Assembly (NCBI GenBank): GCA_026986575.1
Contig: JALSOH010000004.1
Location: 160,001 to 224,000 of the forward strand
Reading direction: 5' to 3'
From: Thermoproteota archaeon
GTDB taxonomy: Archaea > Korarchaeota > Korarchaeia > Korarchaeales > Korarchaeaceae
DNA: 64,000 bases
The translations under genes and the position numbers were made by a program. Numbering within the stretch: position 1 is the first letter of the stretch; each line of letters opens with the position of its first letter. The notes beneath the pieces are model-generated. The model was not told the origin of the DNA and did no database searches. It was given only the letters and a program-made list of their open reading frames with translations. Below are positions 38,740-48,634 of this stretch, piece by piece.

Positions 38740-39192
38740 TTGTGGCCCCTCATCCTCTCCTCCGCGGAGATCACCACAATAGTATATCCCACGGAATTGG
38801 AGGAGAGGGTGAGAGATCTCCTACTCACACTTGCAGAAGGGGAAGGTGACCTCAAGCTTGAGGAGGAGAAATTCACGAGCCATTACGGCTACTCTTTCAA
38901 GATACTAACGATTAAACTCGGAAAGAGAGCAGCGGAATTCCTCCTGAAGCGTGTTATCTGCTTCTTAGAGGAGTTCGACTTCCTCTCCCTAATGAGTACG
39001 CTGGAAAGTCATGTGGACGGGAGGGATCTCTACCTAAGACTCGATAAACAGGAGCTAGCCTTGGGTAGGTACATGTTATTCTCGGGGGGTCCAGGGGGGT
39101 ACGTGAGGATCAAGCTGACGTTCAGGAAGAAAGTGAACGACTTAGAATCCTTGCTCAGAGAGGTGAGGGAAGACCAGTGCCCCGCTACATAG
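38740..39192 (+). CDS. Exosome-operon RNA-binding protein (COG1325)
   Basis: VYPTE..ERV, SHYG, LYLRLDKQ; conserved operon position. Confidence 0.8.
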   Translation: MWPLILSSAEITTIVYPTELEERVRDLLLTLAEGEGDLKLEEEKFTSHYGYSFKILTIKLGKRAAEFLLKRVICFLEEFDFLSLMSTLESHVDGRDLYLRLDKQELALGRYMLFSGGPGGYVRIKLTFRKKVNDLESLLREVREDQCPAT

Positions 39193-39830
39193 ATATAATA
39201 GCACCTGAGAGTGAGGAACAGCTCGAACTGATGGTGAGTAGGGCAATTTCACTTGGGTTCGGTGCGGTAGGGATTGTCGGAGACTTTCCTGATCTTCCCA
39301 ACGGAACCTTCAGGGTCTCCATAGTGGGACCATCCTCCATTCCTCAAGAAGCGAGGAAGATAAGGAGTAAGGTGAGACTTCTTCTATCCTCACCCAAGAC
39401 CCTCGAAGAGTCAAGAAAGGTCACTTTCAGCAAGCTCGTAGATGGTGTCGTTGCGAGCTACGACACTGGTAGGCCCAATTTCGATTACGTATCAGCGAAG
39501 CTGCTCAAGAGGAATGAAGGGACCCTCTTAGTTCCGGTGGCATGGATGATCAGGAAAATGCTCGAGGAACCACATGTTATCAGGAACGTTCGGCTGGAGG
39601 TCAGGATTGCTCTCAAAGCGGGATTATATCCCGTGATTGCCTCGATGGCCCGAGATGTCAGAGAGATAGTGCCTCCCCGTTTACTCGTCTCCTTTGGCGA
39701 GTTCATTTTGGATCTGAGGAGGGATCAGGCTAAATCCATGGTTAAGGACTTCCCATCTTATCTCATCAGCGAGGAGAGGAAGCTCAGAACCAAGGGAGTT
39801 GCCTTAGATGAAGTTCAGGGTTCCCATTGA
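39177..39830 (+). CDS. rnp3: RNase P protein Rpp30
   Basis: PHP-like fold, FDYVSAKL, IASMA...PPR; position before Pop5. Confidence 0.75.
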   Translation: MPRYIDIIAPESEEQLELMVSRAISLGFGAVGIVGDFPDLPNGTFRVSIVGPSSIPQEARKIRSKVRLLLSSPKTLEESRKVTFSKLVDGVVASYDTGRPNFDYVSAKLLKRNEGTLLVPVAWMIRKMLEEPHVIRNVRLEVRIALKAGLYPVIASMARDVREIVPPRLLVSFGEFILDLRRDQAKSMVKDFPSYLISEERKLRTKGVALDEVQGSH

Positions 39831-40146
39831 ACTCAAAGAGAGGAGGAGGTATATCTGCGTGTACGCGCCGGTTTCCAAGTCCGATCTGAATAAGGCCCTC
39901 AAGAGGAGATTGAGGGAGTTATCGGGGATTAAGGGGAGCGGTATCTATAGATTCACTCTGCTCCCTTTGGGGAATGCCAACTTCCTAGTTAGGACAACCG
40001 AAGCCTCCTTAGCAGCCTTGCTCACGGCCCTCCTCATAAACAGATACAAGGATATCCCCTCACTGGAGGTTAGAGGTATCTCGGGCACCCTAAGGAAGGC
40101 GAAGGAGTTATGCGCCGTTCCTCCCACTGTCAAGCGACGTAGTTGA
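39808..40146 (+). CDS. rnp2: RNase P protein Pop5/Rpp14
   Basis: LKERRRYI...GISGTLRKAKE. Confidence 0.85.
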   Translation: MKFRVPIELKERRRYICVYAPVSKSDLNKALKRRLRELSGIKGSGIYRFTLLPLGNANFLVRTTEASLAALLTALLINRYKDIPSLEVRGISGTLRKAKELCAVPPTVKRRS

Positions 40147-40219
40147 TCGTGATCACGGAGGGAAAACTCTTTATGTCCTAGGACTTTTCAATGACTGAAC
40201 ATCCTAGTGGGGTGGACAA

Positions 40220-40930
40220 ATGTTTCCACAGGTTACAGGGTATGATAGAGCGATTACAGTCTTCAGTCCTGATGGCAGACTTCTCCAAGTGGAGTACGCC
40301 CTTTCTGCCACTAAAAGGACCCCTCTGGCCTTGGGTATAAAATGCAAGGACGGAGTAGTCCTCCTAGCCGTGAGGAAGTACATCTCTCCGTTGGCTACCC
40401 CTCCCGAGAAGATATACAAGATAGACAACCACATAGGCGCGATTGCTGCTGGTCTGGTGGGTGACGGCCTCGTCCTCATAGAGAGAGGAAGGCTCGAGGC
40501 CCAGTACAACAGGCTCATCTATGGTGAACCAATAACCGTGAAGAACTTGGCTAAGAGGATTGCCGTCCACAAGCAGCAGTTTACCCAGTATGCCGGTCTA
40601 AGACCGTTCGGCGTCATGATGATGATAGGAGGCATAGATGAGGAGCCTGAACTCTACGTGACCCATCCGGGAGGGGCCTTCTACGACTACGCGGCCTTCG
40701 CGGTTGGGAAGAACTCCGACAAGGTGAACGAGACCCTGAAGCAGACATATAATGAGGGTATGTCCCTAGACGAGTGCTTGAAGTACGCTATAAAGCTGAT
40801 AATGGAGGCAGAGGAGGGTGAGGTGACCGCGGACTCGTTAGAGGTTGCAGTCATAGACAGAGAGACGAGGAAGTTCAGAAAGCTGTCCAGAGATGAGCTT
40901 GAAGAGTATGTAAAGGCCGCGAAGGGGTGA
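40220..40930 (+). CDS. psmA: Proteasome alpha subunit
   Basis: GYDRAITVFSPDGRLLQVEYA, RPFGV. Confidence 0.97.
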   Translation: MFPQVTGYDRAITVFSPDGRLLQVEYALSATKRTPLALGIKCKDGVVLLAVRKYISPLATPPEKIYKIDNHIGAIAAGLVGDGLVLIERGRLEAQYNRLIYGEPITVKNLAKRIAVHKQQFTQYAGLRPFGVMMMIGGIDEEPELYVTHPGGAFYDYAAFAVGKNSDKVNETLKQTYNEGMSLDECLKYAIKLIMEAEEGEVTADSLEVAVIDRETRKFRKLSRDELEEYVKAAKG

Positions 40931-40935
40931 TTTAG

Positions 40936-41613
40936 GTGCCCGAGCCAGTAATAGCGAGGATTACTCGGGCCGGAAAGAGGTTCGAGATATATGTGTATCC
41001 GGAGAAGGCCTATCAGTTCAGGGAAGGCAGACCAGTAGATGTGAGGAGTATTCTGGCAGTGGAGAACGTGTTCACGGACGCCAGAAAGGCCCTGAAGGCC
41101 TCCTCAGCTGATCTCAAGAAGGCCTTCGGAACTACCGATCCTTACGAGATAGCCGAGATCATTCTTAAGGAGGGAGAGGTTCAGCTGACTGCGGAGTATA
41201 GAAAGAAGCTTCAGGAGGAGAAGACCCGCTGGATAGTCAACTACATACACAAGAACTTCGTCGATCCACAGACCAACCTCCCACATCCAGTATCTAGGAT
41301 ACAGAAGGCCATGAAGGAGGCCAAAGTGAAGATAGATCCAATGAAGGAGCCCGAGCAACAGGTCAAGGAGGTAGTGGAGCAGCTTAGGAAGATACTCCCC
41401 CTAAAGAGCGGTCAGGTTAGGATGACTGTGATCGTTCCCGCTTCGGTGTGGGCCAAGGCGAGATCTCTCTTGGCTGGTCAAGGGAGCATACTGTCGGAGA
41501 AGTGGTCTGACGATGGGACCCAAGTCACCTTTAAGGTGGAGCTCCCTATAGGGGCCCAGATGCTCGTCTTGGAGAGAATAGGAGAGATGGGAGGCCAGGC
41601 GAAAGTTGAGTGA
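40936..41613 (+). CDS. Ribosome maturation protein SBDS
   Basis: [29 protein letters not shown]. Confidence 0.95.
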   Translation: MPEPVIARITRAGKRFEIYVYPEKAYQFREGRPVDVRSILAVENVFTDARKALKASSADLKKAFGTTDPYEIAEIILKEGEVQLTAEYRKKLQEEKTRWIVNYIHKNFVDPQTNLPHPVSRIQKAMKEAKVKIDPMKEPEQQVKEVVEQLRKILPLKSGQVRMTVIVPASVWAKARSLLAGQGSILSEKWSDDGTQVTFKVELPIGAQMLVLERIGEMGGQAKVE

Positions 41614-42298
41614 AAGTGCGATACTCGTAAAGAACAGGGAGGTTGTCGTTCCTGGGCAGCCCCTAGCTAGGGGGAGGTTCAAGCTAGGTAGGGACGTTTT
41701 CCGGGACGAATCTGGCATCATCAGGGCCAAGAAGCTGGGATTAGCCGATATAAAGGAAGATACTGTGTCAGTAGTTCCGCTTTCCGGCGCTTATATCCCC
41801 AAGGAGGGGGACATAGTCATAGGGATAATCTCTAGGATAAGCGGGTCCACCATAATAGTGGACATAAGATCTCCCTATCAAGGCGTGATCCCCATACCCA
41901 GGGGGAGGGCTACCGAGAGGGTGGATATGAGGAAGTACAACCTGAAGCTGGGCGATGTGATACTGGCGAAGGTCAAGGCGTTTGATGGATCATCATCCCT
42001 CCTCCTCACGATAGACATGGAGGGCTTGGGGAAACTGGAGGGAGGCTACATACTCGAGGTGGAACCTGCCAAAGTGCCTAGGGTCATAGGGAAGAGGCAG
42101 TCCATGCTGACGATCCTCAAGGAGAAGACTAGGAGTGATATAATCGTTGGGAACAACGGTAGGATATGGGTGCGCTCCCCCTCCTTGAGGGAGTTACTTG
42201 CTCTGGAGAAGGCATTAAGGAAAATAGAGACAGAATCTCACGTCTCAGGACTCAGCGATAGAGTATCTTCTTTCTTGACCCAGGAACTCTCTGATTGA
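41606..42298 (+). CDS. rrp4: Exosome subunit Rrp4
   Basis: [31 protein letters not shown]. Confidence 0.95.
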   Translation: MSESAILVKNREVVVPGQPLARGRFKLGRDVFRDESGIIRAKKLGLADIKEDTVSVVPLSGAYIPKEGDIVIGIISRISGSTIIVDIRSPYQGVIPIPRGRATERVDMRKYNLKLGDVILAKVKAFDGSSSLLLTIDMEGLGKLEGGYILEVEPAKVPRVIGKRQSMLTILKEKTRSDIIVGNNGRIWVRSPSLRELLALEKALRKIETESHVSGLSDRVSSFLTQELSD

Positions 42299-42312
42299 GG
42301 AGGTGTAAGGTC

Positions 42313-43068
42313 ATGCCCTTGTATGTCGAGAAGAAGCCCGAGGTCCTGATAACAGAGGATGGTGTGAGGACTGATGGGAGAAAGCCCTATGAAATGAGGC
42401 CTGTTAGAATGACCGTCGGCATATTGGACAAGGCCGACGGATCGGCATTCATTGAGTGGGGCGGTAATAAGATACTGGCTGCAGTTTTCGGTCCGAGAGA
42501 GGTGCATCCCAAGCACCTAGTCCTGCCTGATAAGGCGCTGGTGAGAACCAGATATAACATGGCGCCCTTCTCCACTCCGGAGAGGAAGAGGCCTGGACCG
42601 GACAGGAGAAGTGTGGAACTCTCCAAGGTGATAAGGGAAGCCCTGAAACCAGCCATTTTCGTGGAAAATTACCCAGGATCCGTGATCGACATATTCATAG
42701 AGGTGTTGAGATCCGACGCTGGCACTAGAGTAGCTGGAGTAAACGCCGCATCCCTTGCCCTAGCTAACGCGGGGATAGCGATGAGAGGTCTCGTGGCTGC
42801 CTGCGCGGTGGGCAGGGTGGGGGATTTCGTGGTTTGCGACCCTAATCATGATGAGGACATGTGGGGGGACGCTGACATGCCGATGGCCATGCTCATGGAG
42901 GCAGAGGAGATAACCCTGCTTCAAACCGACGGTCCAATGACGGAGGAGCAGTTCAGGGAGGCGCTCAAGCTGGGAAGGAACTCCATCCGCTTCCTCTATG
43001 AGATGCAGAAGGAGGCCCTGAAGAGGCCCTACCAAGTTGTGGAGAGATCCGTCAGGGGTGTTGTGTGA
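42313..43068 (+). CDS. rrp41: Exosome subunit Rrp41
   Basis: RTDGRKPYEMR, GPREVHP, YNMAPFS, DAGTR. Confidence 0.96.
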   Translation: MPLYVEKKPEVLITEDGVRTDGRKPYEMRPVRMTVGILDKADGSAFIEWGGNKILAAVFGPREVHPKHLVLPDKALVRTRYNMAPFSTPERKRPGPDRRSVELSKVIREALKPAIFVENYPGSVIDIFIEVLRSDAGTRVAGVNAASLALANAGIAMRGLVAACAVGRVGDFVVCDPNHDEDMWGDADMPMAMLMEAEEITLLQTDGPMTEEQFREALKLGRNSIRFLYEMQKEALKRPYQVVERSVRGVV

Positions 43069-43874
43069 TGTTTGAATCCGAGATGCTCACCCACAACCTG
43101 CTCAAGGATTACGTTAAGGATCTGGTATCGAAGGGCCAGAGGATCGATGGTAGGGGGTTCCAAGACTACAGACCAATAGAGGTGAAGGAGGGGACATTTA
43201 CCAAGGCTGAGGGCGAGGCTTGGATAAAACTGGGGAACACTCAAGTACTGGTCGGCGTGAAAGCCGATGTGGGAGAACCCTTCCCCGACACGCCAGACAA
43301 GGGGGTACTAGTGTCCAACACAGAGCTGCTTCCACTGGCTTCACCAACGTTCGAGCCAGGTCCTCCCAATGAGAACGCCATCGAAGTTGCGAGAGTAGTG
43401 GACAGGGCTATAAGGAGCGCTGATGCGGTTGACATGTCCTCCCTCGTGATAGTGGAGGGTAAGCTCGTCTACATGCTCTTCCTTGACATGTATGTCCTGG
43501 ATTACGACGGGAATTTAGAGGACGCCCTGACCATCGCTAGCCTCATAGCTCTCGGAAGGGCCGAGATCCCCAAGGTGGAGATAAAGGACGACGGTGAGAT
43601 AGAGGTCAAAGAGGAAAAGTGGAAGGTGAACCTGAAAGACCTCCCCATAAACTTCACGTTCGTCAAGATAGGGGACCAGCTGCTTTTGGATCCGGTGCTC
43701 GAGGAGGAGCAGGTCTCCGACGCGGCCATAACCTTGGCAATAGACAAGGAGGGCAGGGTCTGCTCGATCCAGAAAAAGCACGGCAAGTTCACCATGGAAG
43801 AGATTTTAAATGCCACCAGCATAGCCCGTAGCAAGTGGCCTGAGATAGCAGAGAGGGTGAGGGAGGCAATCTGA
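43065..43874 (+). CDS. rrp42: Exosome subunit Rrp42
   Basis: RIDGRG, PFPDTPDKG, FEPGPP, DYDGN. Confidence 0.96.
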   Translation: MMFESEMLTHNLLKDYVKDLVSKGQRIDGRGFQDYRPIEVKEGTFTKAEGEAWIKLGNTQVLVGVKADVGEPFPDTPDKGVLVSNTELLPLASPTFEPGPPNENAIEVARVVDRAIRSADAVDMSSLVIVEGKLVYMLFLDMYVLDYDGNLEDALTIASLIALGRAEIPKVEIKDDGEIEVKEEKWKVNLKDLPINFTFVKIGDQLLLDPVLEEEQVSDAAITLAIDKEGRVCSIQKKHGKFTMEEILNATSIARSKWPEIAERVREAI

Positions 43875-43875
43875 T

Positions 43876-44124
43876 ATGACCGGCGCGCCTAGAGCCAAGC
43901 TGAGGACCCCCAGATACGGTCTAAAGATCAGGAGGAGGGTTGAACACATCCTCCAGAAGTCCAAGAGAACGTGCAAGTGCCCCTACTGTGGTGCCAATGC
44001 CGTCACGAGGGTCAGACTAGGTGTCTGGGCCTGCAAGAAGTGCGGTAAGGTGTTCACCGGAGGTGCTTGGGAACCCTTCACTGCCGTGGCCAGGAGCGCA
44101 GAATTAGCAAGGGAGAGGGCTTGA
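43876..44124 (+). CDS. rpl37ae: 50S ribosomal protein L37Ae (eL43)
   Basis: PRYG, CPYCG, GVWACKKCG, FTGGAW. Confidence 0.96.
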   Translation: MTGAPRAKLRTPRYGLKIRRRVEHILQKSKRTCKCPYCGANAVTRVRLGVWACKKCGKVFTGGAWEPFTAVARSAELARERA

Positions 44125-44711
44125 TCCTAATAACTACTACGAGAAGGCCCTCTCGCCGTACCCGTTCTTTTGTTCGGGACCTATACCATGTCCTTCCAAA
44201 CGCGATCAGGAGAAATAGGGGAAAGATGTCCTTAGAGGATTTAAATGAACTGGCTCTTCAGTCAGGAGCCGAGAGGGTGCTCGTCGTAGGTACTTCTAGG
44301 GGTAACCCCTCCTTCTTATCCTTTTATGAGCCTCACCCATCAGCAATAAGGCCCATCTCGATAATACACCTGAGAGGGGTTTCCTTAAGGAGGGAGATAA
44401 CTGAGAGAAGAGCCCCTCACTCGAAGGACCTCTGCATCATGTACTCTCGCCCGGATTTAGCACACTTAGCTCAAGTACTCTCCCTTTCCTTCGATGTGGG
44501 AGAGCCCATCCTAGCGCCGCTCGAACAGCTGACTCAAGTGGAAGTATGCGACCTCGCACTTCACCTGTCGCAGGGATCGGGCGACATAATCAACTCATCC
44601 TTCTACAGGACCAGACCACCTTGGGAGGTGGGCCCTAGGATGAGGATGGGGGGGTTCCAGGAGTTTGAAGGTGGAAGTGGATCTGAGAGTGAGAGTAACG
44701 TTCGAGAGTAG
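44121..44711 (+). CDS. Brix/Imp4 domain ribosome biogenesis protein
   Basis: ITTTRRPSRRTRSFVRDL, NRGKMSL, GNP, VGPRM. Confidence 0.9.
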   Translation: MILITTTRRPSRRTRSFVRDLYHVLPNAIRRNRGKMSLEDLNELALQSGAERVLVVGTSRGNPSFLSFYEPHPSAIRPISIIHLRGVSLRREITERRAPHSKDLCIMYSRPDLAHLAQVLSLSFDVGEPILAPLEQLTQVEVCDLALHLSQGSGDIINSSFYRTRPPWEVGPRMRMGGFQEFEGGSGSESESNVRE

Positions 44712-44895
44712 CAATGAAGCTTCTCGCTTCTACAGAGCCCTACTCCCAGACTTCTCCGATGTGAAGATAAGTCTAGAGGAGGATTCGGTGGTAATCGACC
44801 TCGCCAGCCTTCCCCCATCCAGAGCCAGAGCTCTAGCTAATAGCCTCTTGAGAACGGTTCAACTCTACCAGAAGATGTTCGAGACCCTTAAGTAA
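44665..44895 (+). CDS. pcc1: KEOPS subunit Pcc1
   Basis: FYRALLPD...RARALANSLLR; conserved position after Brix. Confidence 0.75.
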   Translation: MKVEVDLRVRVTFESSNEASRFYRALLPDFSDVKISLEEDSVVIDLASLPPSRARALANSLLRTVQLYQKMFETLK

Positions 44896-45586
44896 TCTTG
44901 GGATAGGCTTCAAATGGCTTCTCCATCAGGAGAACCGAGAGCCCATTATACACCAAGTAAAAGAGGGACTCGCCCAAACCTCTCTTCCTAACTCGCCTAG
45001 CTGAGGTATAAACGACCATCTCTGGGACGAATTTTATCTTACCTATCCTAGATGCGGCCATGGAGAGTAAAGCATCCTCAGAGACCGTCACATCCTCCCT
45101 GAATCCGCCCAGCTTCAGTAACACGTCCTTCCTGAAGGCCGAATTGAATCCCATTAGGTGGGGCCGTCCCATGAAGATGGTGAACCTCACCATCAGGTCG
45201 TAGGAGAGAATGTACGCGGCCTTGAGTAGACCTTCTCCATCCTCTAGGGGATAAGCAGGCCCGCCCAAACCGACCACCCCCTCCTCCTCGAATCCCTTAA
45301 TGAGCGCGGCCCTCCACCCTTTAGCCACGACCGTGTCGGCGTCAACGAACGCTACCATGTCTCCAGAGGATAATCTAATCCCAGCATTCCTGGCCTTGGC
45401 AGGTGAATCGTATTCAGTTGAACTTCTCACGATATCCGCATATCTCTCGGCTATTTCAACTGTGCCATCCTCACTCCCTCCGTCGATCACCACTATCTCA
45501 TCGACATCCTCATTCCTCAGGGCTATCAAAGTTCTCTCAATGTAACTGGCTTCTCTGTAAGTCGGGATCACCACAGAAACCTTCAT
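44888..45586 (-). CDS. Glycosyltransferase family 2
   Basis: VSVVIPTY, DGGSEDGT, ARNAG, FVDAD, SED, TSARR. Confidence 0.92.
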   Translation of the reverse strand: MKVSVVIPTYREASYIERTLIALRNEDVDEIVVIDGGSEDGTVEIAERYADIVRSSTEYDSPAKARNAGIRLSSGDMVAFVDADTVVAKGWRAALIKGFEEEGVVGLGGPAYPLEDGEGLLKAAYILSYDLMVRFTIFMGRPHLMGFNSAFRKDVLLKLGGFREDVTVSEDALLSMAASRIGKIKFVPEMVVYTSARRVRKRGLGESLFYLVYNGLSVLLMEKPFEAYPKIT

Positions 45587-46380
45587 AGAACGACACCTGT
45601 GGCGGTGGAGATGAGGGCGACCACGCCAGTAGATATCAGGTTCACTGCGTGGTTGTCCAACCATTTCAATCCTCTGACAGGCCTTGCACTCCCATTACAC
45701 AGAGAAGGGTCCTCAACTATCCTATCCTCTTCAACGCACCTGTACCTGACCTGCAATAGGGCCCCAAGCAGACTATCTATCAGGCTACAGGAGAAACCTA
45801 AAGATACGGCCAAGAGCAGCTGGTTTGGCCCTATCATGGAGAAAGAAAACGCCTCAATGGCTATCAGAAGAGCGCCTATCAGGCTTGCGAGTGTCCCTAA
45901 CGGAGAAATGGCACCTGATGTGCCCGGTGGTACCCTCCTCAAGGTGTGGATCATGATCGGCGGATCCGTGCTTAGCACCCCTATCTCGCTCCCCAGAGTG
46001 TCTGAGAGCGCCCCAGCTAATGAGGACACGAAGGCCAGCATGGCCGGCTCCCAAGAGGTCAATGAGTAGAGTAGGAGCATGGATGTGGGGAAGAGCAGAT
46101 TGGCTGCAACGTTCTTCCATGTCCTAGCGCCGCCCTTAAGCTCCGCAGCACCCAACTCCTCCTTCAAACCGTACTTGTACTTGGTGAATGCCGATCCCAC
46201 CAGAAAGAACGTGATTAACATGAAAGTCGCGGGCAACCCGCCACCTAACACGAACACGATACCCACGAGCAGACCAGCTACGAATCCCGACCTGTCTATG
46301 GATCTATTGAAGTATCCAGCGGATCCTACGGTCAGGACCACTGCAAGGCCGGCTAATGTGCTCACTAGATCGGCGGTCAT
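45583..46380 (-). CDS. DUF92 (TMEM19-like) membrane protein
   Basis: RTWKNVAAN, SDTLGSEIG, PPGTSGAISPLG, DSLLGA, DNHAVN. Confidence 0.92.
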   Translation of the reverse strand: MTADLVSTLAGLAVVLTVGSAGYFNRSIDRSGFVAGLLVGIVFVLGGGLPATFMLITFFLVGSAFTKYKYGLKEELGAAELKGGARTWKNVAANLLFPTSMLLLYSLTSWEPAMLAFVSSLAGALSDTLGSEIGVLSTDPPIMIHTLRRVPPGTSGAISPLGTLASLIGALLIAIEAFSFSMIGPNQLLLAVSLGFSCSLIDSLLGALLQVRYRCVEEDRIVEDPSLCNGSARPVRGLKWLDNHAVNLISTGVVALISTATGVVL

Positions 46381-46442
46381 CTCCCCAATCCAGCCAAGGG
46401 ATCGGGTAATCGTTTAAAAATGAAGGCAGTTACACAGCGATG

Positions 46443-46519
46443 GGGGCCGTGGTCTAGCTAGGTAGGATGCCAGCCTGGGGCGCTGGTGGTCCCGGGTTCA
46501 AATCCCGGCGGCCCCACCA
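46443..46519 (+). tRNA. tRNA-Pro(GGG), CCA encoded
   Basis: GGGGCCG stem; CCAGC-CTGGGGC-GCTGG anticodon arm; GTTCAAAT T-loop. Confidence 0.95.
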
Positions 46520-46521
46520 GC

Positions 46522-48075
46522 TTAAGAACTTCCCCTCCTTACCGGCACGCCCTCAACCAGTCTATCCGAGAGGACCCTGATGATCTTGACCTCGAGCACC
46601 TTTCCGACCTTGGGCCTTCTACTCACTCTCAACTTGACAACCGGGCCGCCAGCTAGGGGATAGGCGTAGCTCTCCTTTCCTACAGAGGGGGCGATGATTA
46701 CCTTGATTACGGCTCCCAAAAGCTCCCTCTTTCTCATCCTGTTGAGCTCGATCGCCTTTTCCGCTATCATTTTGGATCCACGATCCGAGATCACGTCATA
46801 ACCTTCGAAGGCCGTTCCCGGAAGTGGTCTGAACCTGTAAACCGTTATCTTCTCCGCACCGTACCTGTAGGCCAGCTCCATCGACTTCAGGGTCATCTTG
46901 ACCACCCTATCATTCTGTCCAGGCAGGCTGTGTATGAAGTAGGCGTAGGGCCTGAGTCCCACCTCTCTCAGTTTCCTTATTGCCCCCATCGATTCATCAG
47001 GCCCACAGGGCCTACCCAGTAGGTCCGCATGCTCCGGATCTCCCGTCTCCACCCCTATGTGTACTGGTGTCCCCTTGAGGTATCTCCCCAATACCTCGGC
47101 AACTTTGTCGTTGACCAGGCAGGGTTTCACATTCTCAACCTCGAAGAAAAAGCGGTATTCCCGGGAAAGCTCCTTGATGGCCTTCAGCAACTCCTCTATA
47201 GCGTTCACATTGGGTCCTGGATCGTAGGGATGCGTGAGAGGTCCATTGACCAGCTGTTCCCTACCATACTCTAGGAAGTCGGCGCCACTGAGCACTATCC
47301 TCCTGACCCCCATCTCAGCCAGACCCCTGACCTCCTCTATGATGGAGTCCTTATCCTTGGACTTCGGCGGCCCGTAAAGAGCTGGAATAGAACAGTAGCC
47401 ACAGCCAGGAGGGATGCCCTGAGGACATAATAACCTCTTCCTCAGATCACGCTCATAACAAGCTCTGCAGAGATCGCACATTTCCTTAGAAGCCCCTATC
47501 TTCGGTCTATTGAAGTTAGAGCAGCTCCTCACGACCTCAACGTAGACCCTGCTGCTTCTGTAGTGGGGTACGGTCCTGTAAAACCTGACAGCAGATACGG
47601 AGGGCCGGAACCTCCTGAGATCCTCCGCTGACAAGTTAGAGACACGGGTCAACATCCCGTCCCCAGTTATCAGGTTAGGAATGTCCTCCAAATCTTGAGG
47701 AATCTCGCCCTCAGAGAGGCCTCTCCCCAGGAGGGACTCGAGAGCGACCTCTCCCTCACCCCACACTCCCAAGTGAAAGCCCAATCTAGGTACGACGCTG
47801 GGATCGGAGGTTATCGGCCCACCTATGACCTTAATACCCCCGAATCTGCTCACAGCCCTTCGAACAGCCGGCTCATCCATGCTCATAGCGCTGACCAAGA
47901 GGACATCGAACTCACTTGCCCCCTTCCTAAGGTAGTCCTCCACCCTGTAGATCCTATACTCTAGGTCAAACATCTCCAGTATTCCTGCTATCGCCCTGGG
48001 ACCTGCCCCTATAACGTCTAGGGATGATAATCTCTTTCTTTCACCGGCGGCCAGCGCATCCAATATTAGAAACAT
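46522..48075 (-). CDS. Radical SAM protein with B12-binding-like N-domain and TRAM-like C-terminus
   Basis: VYVEVVRSCSN...GCGYCS with a Cys-rich insertion; DVIGAGPR N-terminus. Confidence 0.85.
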   Translation of the reverse strand: MFLILDALAAGERKRLSSLDVIGAGPRAIAGILEMFDLEYRIYRVEDYLRKGASEFDVLLVSAMSMDEPAVRRAVSRFGGIKVIGGPITSDPSVVPRLGFHLGVWGEGEVALESLLGRGLSEGEIPQDLEDIPNLITGDGMLTRVSNLSAEDLRRFRPSVSAVRFYRTVPHYRSSRVYVEVVRSCSNFNRPKIGASKEMCDLCRACYERDLRKRLLCPQGIPPGCGYCSIPALYGPPKSKDKDSIIEEVRGLAEMGVRRIVLSGADFLEYGREQLVNGPLTHPYDPGPNVNAIEELLKAIKELSREYRFFFEVENVKPCLVNDKVAEVLGRYLKGTPVHIGVETGDPEHADLLGRPCGPDESMGAIRKLREVGLRPYAYFIHSLPGQNDRVVKMTLKSMELAYRYGAEKITVYRFRPLPGTAFEGYDVISDRGSKMIAEKAIELNRMRKRELLGAVIKVIIAPSVGKESYAYPLAGGPVVKLRVSRRPKVGKVLEVKIIRVLSDRLVEGVPVRRGSS

Positions 48076-48088
48076 CCAGTAGTAAGAC

Positions 48089-48634
48089 TTGATGTCAGGT
48101 AAATCTTTTCCCTTCTCGGAGTGTGGAACCCTCCTATCAGACTTGGTACTGAGGGAAGAAGCGAGAGAGATGGTAGCAGAAGCGAAAGGGAATCTTATTA
48201 CATCCATCGAGGAGGTACCTGACGCTCCCTTAGTGTCAGTAGGTGACAGAGTCACTTACTTACTGCTAGAGAATGGTAGAAGGCCTGAGGTCGCAATAAT
48301 AGATCTCATGGAGAGGAGGTCTAGGGAAGCGTTTGCTGTGTATCGGCTGAACGGATACCTCATCCTGTCCTCGAGTAACCCCCCGGGTAGAATAAATAGA
48401 GAATCCTGGAACGCTGTTAGGCTCGCTATAGATATGGCGTCCCACGGATTCAGGGTTGTCTTGATCGTGGATGGTGAAGAGGACCTATTGGGCTTCCCTG
48501 TCACTCTGCTGGCACCCTCCGGCTGGTACATGCTCTACGGCCAGCCAGGCATGGGAATGATCTTAGTAGAGATCAACGATAAGGTGAAGAAGGAGGCAGA
48601 GAACCTGCTCATTAGAGCATTTAAACCTCTCTAG
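48089..48634 (+). CDS. GTP-dependent dephospho-CoA kinase (DUF359)
   Basis: SVGDRVT, NPPG, VDGEEDLL, YGQPG. Confidence 0.9.
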   Translation: MMSGKSFPFSECGTLLSDLVLREEAREMVAEAKGNLITSIEEVPDAPLVSVGDRVTYLLLENGRRPEVAIIDLMERRSREAFAVYRLNGYLILSSSNPPGRINRESWNAVRLAIDMASHGFRVVLIVDGEEDLLGFPVTLLAPSGWYMLYGQPGMGMILVEINDKVKKEAENLLIRAFKPL